Assembly: GCA_037447605.1 (NCBI GenBank) | Contig: CM074821.1 | Location: 1,674,001-1,738,000 of the forward strand | From: Zygnema circumcarinatum SAG 698-1b | Taxonomy: Eukaryota; Plantae; Zygnematophyceae | Length of the DNA: 64,000 nt | Direction of reading: 5' to 3' | In this document: in pieces, positions 47,621-61,149 of the stretch | How positions within the stretch are numbered: the first letter of the stretch is position 1 | How the letters are laid out: every line of letters begins with the position of its first letter | Notes under the pieces: generated by a model | Databases searched by the model: none | Told to the model about the DNA's origin: nothing | Seen by the model: only the letters and a program-made list of their open reading frames with translations | Made by a program: the position numbers and the translations under genes

Positions 47621-50506
47621 TTAAGCACCAGTGAAGACCTTCTTGGCTGCTCCTCCTTCGCCAGAGCCCATGGGAATAACCTTCAAAACATTGAACCTCA
47701 CCGTCTTCGACAAAGGCCTGTGATTGGAAAAAAACAAACTGACAATCAGTATAGACAGAAAACAGCGGCATAAGGAAGGGAGGGAAAGGCAGAAAGGCTC
47801 ACTGTGTTTGTTCAGAAAAAGAGAGAAAGGGGCAGAAAACTATGTATGAAGCCAGAGAGCTAGCGGTGAGTCGTCTCAAAAGGAGCGACAACTTTCAAAA
47901 GGGAAGAAGACCTTTCAAGTGCCAATTAATCCTCTGATGTGACTCCTTCCCCCCTGCTTTTCAATATTATTCCAAACTGAGATGTAATTTCGACACCGTT
48001 TTCTTTGCTAACACCGGAAGCCAATGCTTCAAGATAATCTGATTTTCACTTCTCGACGACGGATCAGCACCAACCTCTTGGAGCTGCTGAGAGGCTGCCA
48101 ACTCGTGAAGTTTCAACGTCACTTTGAAGTTGTATGTACATGTTTCTTGGAAAACGCATCATCTGGATTGGTTTGGGCAGCTAGTCATGGCATTAAAATA
48201 CTACATGGGAAAACCCCAAAAAGGAAGTATTGCAATACCTGCACTGCCCAACGATGACCTTGTCCCCCTCCTTCACACGGAAGCATGGAGAAACATGGGC
48301 CGAGAGCTTCGAATGCCGCTTCTCATACCTGCGAACATGAAAGAAAAGGGAAAGCAAAACAGAGTATGGATGTGAGACTCCTCCATATGATCAAGCAAAT
48401 GCCTGAAGCAGCACATATTAAGACTTCATATCGAGTAAACCCGCCTTGGGTATATCCAACGTATTGCTGAAATATGCCTCTGAATGGAAAAGCTCCTGAT
48501 TCCTGAGGCAGGAAAACAGTCGCCTTGGGCTTCTAAACACTCATTTCAAGCTTTTCGCTACACCCAGCATTCCTATGTTGGCTGTCTGTTTGTTCAAGTT
48601 TCGCACCGCATTTTCAAACCGTCTACAAGCACCTTGAAGTCCTGCTGTTACCCCGATATTGTCGTAGTGCATCACTTAGAGAGAATTTTTTTACAGCCCT
48701 AAATCTATTCTCCGTTGAATTAATCGAGAAAGAACCAGAGGGAAGAGGCCACTGACCGCTGATACTTGCGCACAAAGTGCAGGTAGTCGCGGCGGATGGT
48801 GATGGTGCGCGTCATTTTGGTGCTGGCCACAGTGCCCGTCAGAATGCGCCCGCGGATGCTCACGTTGCTCGTGAAGGGGCACTTCTTGTCGATGTAAGTC
48901 CCTGCTCCCACAGGAAGGGGGGGGGAAATGGAAGGAAGGAGTCACTCTCAGAGACAAGAGAGCACGCGCAGGCGAGTCAATGATTCCGAAAAGGGAGAGG
49001 GCGACAGGGGAAGATGTGTGGGGGGAAAGAGAGAGGGGGGGAAGGGGGAGGGGAGAGGGGGAGGGGAGAGGTGGGGAGGGAGGGAAAGAGAGAGGGCGGG
49101 AGGACGAGGGCGAGGGTGGGGCCGACAGGGGGAGGATGTGTGGCCGGGGACAGGGAGGCGGGGAAGGGAGAGGGAGGCGGGGAAGGGAGAGGGAGGGAGA
49201 AAGGGAGACGGCGAGGGGGACGCCAGGGAGAGGGAGTTAGGGTTAAGGTTAGGGTTAGGGTTAGGGTGAGAGAGGGAGAGAGGAAAGAGAAAGGGTGTGT
49301 GAGAGAGAGACCGAAGAGTGGGAGAGGGGGACAGAAAGCAAAATACTTCTTCAAAACATCAAGAGCTGGAAAGACGCCCAATGCCAACAAACGAAATCAG
49401 CTTAGATGGACGAAATTAGGGTTACCACCGCCAGCATGACCGATGGAAACCCCAAAATGAAAACGGGGGCAGGGAATGGGTGCCAGAACAGTGCATTACC
49501 CTCAATTGCTTCGCGGGGAGTCTTGAATCCGAGCCCAACATTCTTCCAGTATCTGTTGCCCTGCTTTCCGGGAGTGCGAATTGACTTCTTTACGACGGGT
49601 GCATTGCCGCTGCCATGCACTCAACAACCTCCGTAAGCTGCTGCAGTGAATAGGGTAATGCGGGCTGTCAAGTCTGGAAATATGACCAAATGCAGGCATT
49701 CTGGACGTCCAGAATGACTAGCATTAGTCATCCCAGGGCATCAGAACGACAGCAATAAGCAGAATAAATTGAAACTAACCTAACGAAGGTAAGAATTCTT
49801 TGAACATATGTTAACATGGGTTAACGTGGGTTAACTCGTGTTAGCTGTGGAAGGGTGATGCTGTAAGTGGACCGAGATTAGGTTGAATTTTGAAACTGAA
49901 AGGAATGCATTTATTTGTGCATTAAGGAACAGGGAACTGCTGGCGATATGCATGTGAGACATTTGCATTTTTTATTTTTTATTTTTTTGGGTTTTTTGCT
50001 TTTAAAGGCTTCGGTTGGGCAGTTGAGCTCACCTGAGGAAGACTTTGAACTGTTTTTGAAACGCCTTTTCTGTCTGCAAGACCAGTTCCCATGTGCAGTT
50101 CCGTCGTGAATAACGGTGAACCAATTCTAGAAACCCTAAAAACATACACAGAACTATGTATAAAAAAAGGTTTCCACAAAGATGATTTCATCCATCTAGC
50201 TAATTTTAAACTGCAGGCGCCAAACCATCCCCTGACAAGCTGAGACCGAGCAGTATGAACAACCCTAAAAATGGCACTGAAAAGGCTAACAAAAAAGAGA
50301 ATTAGCAAGAGCAAGGATACAAGGATGCTCTCAAAAGACCAAACCCTAAAAAGTGCCAAACCCTAAAAAGTCTGAGAACCCCAGAACCCTAAAATCCCAA
50401 AAAATCCGCAGAACCCAACACCAGCAAAACCCCCAAACCCTGTCTCTCTACTCGATCTTCGGTTCCCTATTGCTAGAGTGGGTCCGGACCGAACCTGCTC
50501 CGCCAT
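47621..50506 (-). CDS. RPS11: 40S ribosomal protein S11 (uS17); 6 exons
   Basis: Exons 50506-50495, 50073-50033, 49609-49500, 48901-48757, 48328-48239, 47717-47621. Translation [12 protein letters not shown]...[39 protein letters not shown]...RYEKRH...[10 protein letters not shown]...[17 protein letters not shown]. Confidence 0.98.
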
Positions 50507-50633
50507 GGCTTCGGAGGTGGGAGAGGCGCGGGCGGGCGGAGGGAGAGCCTGCCGAGGGAGGGCTGGAAAGAGGGCGCCCCAAGGTGCTGCAAATTCTCTA
50601 TGTACAGGGCCCCACCTAAAGTCGTCATCTGGC

Positions 50634-50770
50634 CCGTCGGATTCGCACGATTGGGATATTTGTAACCGTCCGATTTCGTCTATCGGGAAGATCTTGGCCG
50701 TCCGATGCACTCATCTGGGAAGAATGTAGCCGTCCGATTTACACGATTGGGAAGATCGTGGCCGTCCGAT
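50634..50770. promoter_or_regulatory. Phased array: CCGTCCGAT x5 at exactly 32-bp period in the RPS11/PSA2 divergent promoter
   Basis: Motif starts at 50634 (variant CCGTCGGAT), 50666, 50698, 50730, 50762. Confidence 0.7.
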
Positions 50771-51237
50771 CGACTCTCCCCCCCCCCCCGCCCTTTGTGG
50801 GGTTTCGGGTCTGCCATGATACGCATTTTGTACCCCACTTGCCTGCGAACGGCTTTATATGCACTTACGGAAATGTACAAGATACTGAAAAACTAAATTG
50901 ACTGAATTGACTGGAAAACTTGAACAAACCCGTAGAACGAGGCCATAGTTCCATTTTACGCTGCTTTTCTCCTTTCCTATGCATCTCAGTTTTACGGCGG
51001 TAGTTAAACGACGAACATGGAACTGTAGCCTCATAGAACATCTGAAATGAAGTTTGTTATCCCGTCCGTACAAGGAAACGCTCCCTAGGCCCTAGGGGGC
51101 TAGGCCCTAGGAAGCCAGGCCCCTAGGCTCTACGCCCTAGGTCCTAGGCCCCATGCAAAACTAGAGCAGACAGATCAACTCTTCCCTTCACGTTTTCTTT
51201 CTCTCTCGTTTCGCCTCTGAATCCTAATCCTTCCGCC

Positions 51238-54467
<3,230 letters not shown>

Positions 54468-55067
54468 ATGTTCCGTTCGGCGTGCTTTCCATGTGGAAAA
54501 TTATAAATTAGTTCAGTTTGACAGATCAGATAGTTATTTTTTCTGCATGTAGCAGACATGCGTGCGTGGATGGACGGTCGCATGCGCCATGCCATGCCAT
54601 GGTATGCCATGGCGGACATGAGGACATCATATGGCATGGAGGGTGTGCATGGGGGGGGGATGGGGGGGGGGCTGACTGGCGGGTTGACTTTTTTGAAGGG
54701 GGGCTAAAATTGACTTTGGTGATGGGGTGGAATTCGAAGCCTAGAAATGGAATTATTATTTTTTGATAATTTTTTTTTCTTCATGGAGCGTCGTCAGTTT
54801 TCGTTTTTACGCCTGTTGATTACGTACGCAATGTCGCTCCCCAATGAAGGTGGCGTCAGAAATTGTCGAATGGAAGGGTTCCAAACCACAAACTCATGGT
54901 GTCCACAACTTTACCCCATTTGTACCCGTCGACGAACTTCATCGTCATACGTGTACGGCATCGATTTACCTTACGGATCGAACTCGGACGGCCAGGATTT
55001 GGCTACCGGATTTGGAAATTGTTCAATCTTGCTGAGTTTTCTAGAAAAAGTGAAAAACAGCCAAATA

Positions 55068-55345
55068 GGGGGAGTCAGACCTTGACCATCGCCCGCGGAA
55101 TTGAAAGATTCCGCCGGCGAAAAGGTATTGATTTCGATTGCAGAATTCGGATCGGAAACCGCGGCTCCCCCCGAACCTGTCTGTCCCGTCCGTACTTCGA
55201 AATAGGTTACAAAAATGAGATACAGGCTCGGCGCCCGAGCCTGTCGAACGTCCACTTTTGGCGAAAAAAGGCCTGCCGTACAACGCGGAATTGGCCCGAT
55301 GGGCTCGCGGAATTGGTTTGGCGATGGTCAAGGTCTGACTCCCCC
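55068..55345. mobile_element. Intact 278-bp MITE (26-bp perfect TIR GGGGGAGTCAGACCTTGACCATCGCC), TA-flanked; duplicate at 56581-56858
   Basis: Perfect TIRs and an internal hairpin ACAGGCTCGG-CGC-CCGAGCCTGT. A homologous copy lies at 17990-18753. Confidence 0.9.
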
Positions 55346-55448
55346 TATTAATGATAGGGAATGTCACTCTTTAGGCGTGAGATTTCAATTTTTAAATGAC
55401 ATTTCGTTTTCCAAATTTCGTATTTATTAACTTTTTTTTAACTCATTA

Positions 55449-55605
55449 GGGGGTGTCAGACTTAACAAAATCTTACGAAAAGCGTTACGATAAAAAAGGT
55501 TACGAAAGTACTCCGCCGCAGGAGGATCGCGATTATACTGGAGTACTCGTTCTGATGTCAAACTTACGAACACGCGTACTGAATTTTTTTAAGTCTGACA
55601 CGCCC
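55449..55605. mobile_element. 157-bp MITE (TIR GGG(G/C)GTGTCAGACTTAA), TA-flanked; duplicate at 56962-57118
   Basis: TAGGGGGTGTCAGACTTAA ... TTAAGTCTGACACGCCCTA, 18/19 complementary. Confidence 0.75.
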
Positions 55606-57334
55606 TATTATTAACCATTTCATTTTTTGNNNNNNNNNNCTCTCTCTCTCTCTCTCTCTCCCTCTCTCTCTCCCTCTCTCTCTCTCTCTCCCTCTCTCTC
55701 TCTCTCACACACACACACAGCCTCTCCCCTCCTTTCCCCTTCCCTTCCATCCCACCCTCCCTCCCTTTGTTCCGAAGCCGCAAACCCTAACGTTAGCATG
55801 CGGCTGCCCCCTCCCCTCCCCTCCCTCCCTCTCCCTCCCTCTCTCGCAGGGCGCGGCAAGCTGGTCTGCCCCGTGTGTCTGGGCACGGGCCAGGCCAACG
55901 CCAAGGGCCTCCTCCGCCGGCCCGAGTCCCGGGACCTCCTCGACCAAATGTACCACGGCCGGATCCTGCCCTCCATGTGAATGTTCCGTTCGGCGTGCTT
56001 TCCATGTGGAAAATTATAAATTAGTTCAGTTTGACAGATCAGATAGTTATTTTTTCTGCATGTAGCAGACATGCGTGCGTGGATGGACGGTCGCATGCGC
56101 CATGCCATGCCATGGTATGCCATGGCGGACATGAGGACATCATATGGCATGGAGGGTGTGCATGGGGGGGGGATGGGGGGGGGGCTGACTGGCGGGTTGA
56201 CTTTTTTGAAGGGGGGCTAAAATTGACTTTGGTGATGGGGTGGAATTCGAAGCCTAGAAATGGAATTATTATTTTTTGATAATTTTTTTTTCTTCATGGA
56301 GCGTCGTCAGTTTTCGTTTTTACGCCTGTTGATTACGTACGCAATGTCGCTCCCCAATGAAGGTGGCGTCAGAAATTGTCGAATGGAAGGGTTCCAAACC
56401 ACAAACTCATGGTGTCCACAACTTTACCCCATTTGTACCCGTCGACGAACTTCATCGTCATACGTGTACGGCATCGATTTACCTTACGGATCGAACTCGG
56501 ACGGCCAGGATTTGGCTACCGGATTTGGAAATTGTTCAATCTTGCTGAGTTTTCTAGAAAAAGTGAAAAACAGCCAAATAGGGGGAGTCAGACCTTGACC
56601 ATCGCCCGCGGAATTGAAAGATTCCGCCGGCGAAAAGGTATTGATTTCGATTGCAGAATTCGGATCGGAAACCGCGGCTCCCCCCGAACCTGTCTGTCCC
56701 GTCCGTACTTCGAAATAGGTTACAAAAATGAGATACAGGCTCGGCGCCCGAGCCTGTCGAACGTCCACTTTTGGCGAAAAAAGGCCTGCCGTACAACGCG
56801 GAATTGGCCCGATGGGCTCGCGGAATTGGTTTGGCGATGGTCAAGGTCTGACTCCCCCTATTAATGATAGGGAATGTCACTCTTTAGGCGTGAGATTTCA
56901 ATTTTTAAATGACATTTCGTTTTCCAAATTTCGTATTTATTAACTTTTTTTTAACTCATTAGGGGGTGTCAGACTTAACAAAATCTTACGAAAAGCGTTA
57001 CGATAAAAAAGGTTACGAAAGTACTCCGCCGCAGGAGGATCGCGATTATACTGGAGTACTCGTTCTGATGTCAAACTTACGAACACGCGTACTGAATTTT
57101 TTTAAGTCTGACACGCCCTATTATTAACCATTTCATTTTTTGCCCAAAATCCTTGGTGGTACATGGAACTAAATCGTACGGACAGTCTACACGTTGTCAA
57201 AATTCGTACCATCAGGCTGTACGGTCACACGGACATACGGCCGTACGGTACCCGGGGTCTTAGGTCGACCCTGAAGGCTTTGAGCCTCCGCCAACTGAGG
57301 AAATCCGAACCCTTGTAAGAAACTGCAGGAAGGG

Positions 57335-57625
57335 TTAGGGTTTAGGCGCTAAGGGGTTAAGGTGCAAGCCAGGATCCAAATTACAAGGTTGAAACAGAGA
57401 AGAAATCAAGGTTCATGCGAGGGCAGGGTCTAGGGTTTAGGGTGTGGGGTTTGGCTCCAGGGTTAGGTTTAGGTTTAGGTTTCAGGGCCTTGAGCTCAAG
57501 CTTTAGGGTTAGGGTTTAGACTCAGGGTTTGGGGTTCAGGGTTTAGGTCAAGATTTAGGTTTAGGGCCTTGAGCTCAGACTATAGGGATAGGGTTCAGGG
57601 TCTAGGTTAGGGTTTAGGGTTTAAG
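57335..57625 (+). repeat. Degenerate telomere-like (TTTAGGG/TTAGGG) array, a telo-box cluster immediately upstream of U2A'
   Basis: Many GGTTTAGGG, GGTTAGGG and GGTTCAGGG units. AGGGCCTTGAGCTCA occurs twice. Confidence 0.8.
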
Positions 57626-57633
57626 AGGCGGAG

Positions 57634-60522
57634 ATGGGTAGGCTGACAGCGGATCTGATTCTGCGCTCTCCGCAGCTCTTCAATGCCGTGCGAGAACGCG
57701 AGCTGGACCTGCGAGGTAGCATGCATGCATGAGTGAATTCACCCCCCAATGCTTCTGTTGCATTGAATTACAGTTTTTGGTTTTTGGTTTTTGGTTTTCC
57801 GTGTGTTGTTTGATGGGGCTGTAAGGGCGATTGCGATGGCGTTGGATTTCGTTTGCGATTTGATCCCAAATGTTGTTAGCGCGAACGAACGCTTTTTTTG
57901 CAGGAAACAAGATTGCGATGATCGAGAACCTTGGAGCCACCGAAGTGAGTGGATGGGCCTGCCTGCTTCCGCCTCTCTCCCTTCACTCTCTCTCCTCTCT
58001 CCTTTATTTTTTTTCTATGTTAATCTAAGAATCATCTGAATGATTGAATGCCGAAGCTACTCACACCTAGTACAGTAAATAATGAAAAAACTGACAAACG
58101 AACGAACAAACAGTCGCAAACCACATCTGCATTTGTAAAAGTTCCCCCCCCACACCCCCTACCCTTCTTCCTCTATTGTGGTTTTGAAAATCTTAGCGTT
58201 TCAAAATATGGCCTCAAGCATCCTCTTTAGGGTTAAACCTTCGTATTGTTTCCTTTTTCCATTGGATTTTTTTGGTGTGCAGGACCAATTTGACAGCATA
58301 GATCTTTCCGACAATGAGATTGTGAAGCTGGACGGCTTCCCCTCCCTAAAGCGCTGCGAGACTCTTATCTTAAATAACAATCGAATAAGTCGAATTGGAG
58401 CCAATCTTGGAGGCGAGCATTCACTCCAAACCCTAGTTTTTTGCCTTGAATTTGAACCCTAGTTGTGAGCCTATTTTTGAAAAAAACCCTAATTTTGGTG
58501 GTCAAATTCAAAAAACCCTAAATCGGTTCAGTCATTCTGAACCTCACTCAAAAATTTTAAACGTAGAAGTCTCACTTCCTCTCCCTCCCCTCCCTCCTGT
58601 CCCGCTCTCTCCCGCTCTCCCTTTCTCTCTTCTCACGTAAGTCCGTCTATTGGCCCTCTCGCGAATCAACGTTTCCCCTTGTATAGTTTTTGCTAACGGT
58701 GCGAAAACTCCGAAGTTCATTCTACTATTATCACAATTTGTTTTCCGATGGGAGGGGGAGAATCGAGAGAGAAAGGGACAGAAATTTGAAGTTCATAGTT
58801 CGATTTATTACCCCCTTCTCCCCCCTTCCCCCTTCCTCTCTTCCCTTCCCTCTCTCTGCTCCAACACCCCCCGGGCCCTTCTTTTCCTCTTTTGTCCCTC
58901 TTTTTATTGCCAAATTGTTGCTGGTTTGCAGCTTTTCTGCCCAAACTAAGCACTCTCGTGCTGACCAGCAACCGGTTGGTGAATTTGGGCGACCTCGACC
59001 CTTTGAATTCTCTGAAGGGCCTGCACTGCCTGAGCCTCCTCGACAACACTGTCACAAAGAAACCCAACTACAGGCTCTATGTCGTTAACAAAGTTCCGTC
59101 GTTGCGGCTTCTGGATTTTCGGAAAGTGAAGCAAAAGGTGGGATAAGAAACTTCATACTTATCTTTTCGCCTTTATTTTTAGGGTATCTTTCCGTTTTTG
59201 GGGTGCTTCATGGCGCCCTTTTTTCACTCGCTCTCTCCCACTGTTTGTCTGTCTCTCTCTAACTCTCACGCATGTCTTTTGTCTCTGACAGGAGAGAGAG
59301 GAAGCCAAGAAGTTGTTCGGGAGCAGAGAAGCAGAAATCTCTGCACAGAAAAAATCTGCAAATACGTTCGTTCCGGGAGAGGTGGAGGGAATGGAGGAGG
59401 AGAAGGAGAGGGAGCAGCCGGAGAGTGAGAAGGAGAGGAAGGGGCCCACGGCGGAGGAGATAACAGCAATCAAGGTCAGCGAACGATGCAGGAAGCTTTT
59501 TGCACCCTCTCGCGTCCCCCTCGTCCCCCTCGTCCCCCTCGTCCCTTCCTCTTTCTCAGTCCTTCTCTGTGTTTTTCTCCTCCTCTCGCTCTCTTTTCTC
59601 TCTTCCCTGACTCCCTCCACCTTTCTCCCCTTCTGCTACCCCCCTTCTTTCGCTGCCTCGCCCCCTGCTCTCGCCCTTCTTCTCCTTCTGTCCCTTCCCT
59701 TCTCTCTATCACTCTCTCTCCCCCCCCCCCCCCCCTCCTCCCCCTCCAACTCTATTCTGACGTTTGTTTCTCTATTTCACATCTGCAGGCTGCGATTGCG
59801 ACAGCGCAAACTTTGGAAGATGTGACTCGTTTAGAGCAGGTATTGGGGCTGTCCTGTTCCATCGATTTGAAAGGGTACAAAGGGATGAAATGAAAGATGA
59901 ATTAGTGAAAGTATGGACGCAATTCTCACTAAAACGAGCTGTTAGTAAAAATATATGGCTGGACACACTCGCTCTCTTTACGACAGACTGCTGGGAAGAG
60001 GAAGAATTCAGCTGAAGGTTTGTTTGGAAAGAGGCCGATGTTATTGAGATATGGAGGGGCCTAATTTCGTATTAATTAATGTCCTCTTTCGTTTGATGTT
60101 CTACAAATTTAAAAATTAAACAAATGCAGGCTTTAAAATCAGGAAAGTTGCCATCCGACATCAAGCTGCTCGACGAAGAGGAGATGAGAGAGGGAGAAAA
60201 GCCGAAAATTACCCAATCAGAGGCCGAACAGGAGGAGGAGGAGGAGGAGGAGAAGGAAGCGGATGCAGGCCCTATGGAAGAGGTAAAACCTCTACAAGGA
60301 AAACGTACTAGTGGAATTTCTTGCCCATACACTGAATAGGTTTGTATGCGTATCTGCGTGGATATTTATATGTATTTGAAAGCGCAGTCTGCCTTTGGGA
60401 GTATGAGTATGTTTTTTTTTTTTTTTTNNNNNNNNNNCCCCCCCCCCCCCCCCTCTCTCTCTCTCTGCTTGTGTCATTCAAATTTTCTTAACCATCTTCC
60501 CCTGTGATGATTGCAGGGTTAA
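57634..60522 (+). CDS. SNRPA1: U2 snRNP protein A' (LRR); 8 exons, one GC-AG intron
   Basis: Exons 57634-57715, 57904-57944, 58283-58412, 58932-59137, 59292-59474, 59789-59839, 60130-60282, 60517-60522 (last exon tentative). MGRLTADLILRSPQLFNAVRERELDLRGNKIAMIENLGATEDQFDSIDLSDNEI...KPNYRLYVV..VPSLRLLDFRKVKQKER...AAIA.AQTLEDV.RLEQAL. Confidence 0.96.
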
Positions 60523-61149
60523 AGGCGCCTCTTTTCTCAAGTTCGGTCAGCGGCTCACCAACAAAAAAGAACAAGACAAGAAAAAAACTATCAAGAACAA
60601 GGATTATGTTTTTCCTTTCAATACAATTTTTTAGCTCCAAATCCGATTTTCTGTTCCTCTCAGAAAGGAGTTCAGGTAAGACAAAGTCAAAATGAGTCTA
60701 AGACAAAATGCAGTGCAGGAACTGTAGGCAACTTGTTCTGTGTTCCCGTCACTGTGACAGTCACAGAAGCGCGGCACAATGAACAGGGGGGAAATGTTGG
60801 TAGCTGTTGACAAGCAATAGGACCTCTGAGAATGCATCGTAGACGCCAGAGACTTTTGTACGTTAAAATGCTTTGTCCTTCAAAATTTTACATATAAACA
60901 AAGAAATGGATAACTTTGAAAGCCCTCTCACTCCCTCCCTCTCTCTTTTCTCCCTCTCTCTCTCTCTCTCTCTGATGCCTTGTGTGACTCGGCCTAGATA
61001 ACTTCAACTGCCGCATAACTGTCCAATCCTCCTTTATACCATACGTTTAGCACCCACTCACCCTAGATTTTAAAGCCTAAACCCCTGAACCCTACCCTTA
61101 AACCCTAACCGCCATGCCGTGTCCCCCGAGCCTGCTCCCTCCCGCTCCT

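Noticed and set aside
47140-47628. 162-aa minus-strand ORF overlapping the RPS11 stop codon
   Set aside because: It lies in the RPS11 3' UTR, has no domain similarity, and is not supported as a separate gene.
50634-50770. CRISPR-like appearance of constant motifs with variable spacers (also the 62.5 kb and 4.7 kb arrays)
   Set aside because: Eukaryotic context, no cas genes, repeats only about 9 bp and spacers mutually similar. Treated as promoter or tandem arrays.
57335-57625. Telomere-like arrays as a true chromosome end or fusion site
   Set aside because: The repeats are highly degenerate, short and embedded at gene 5' ends. There is no head-to-head perfect array.
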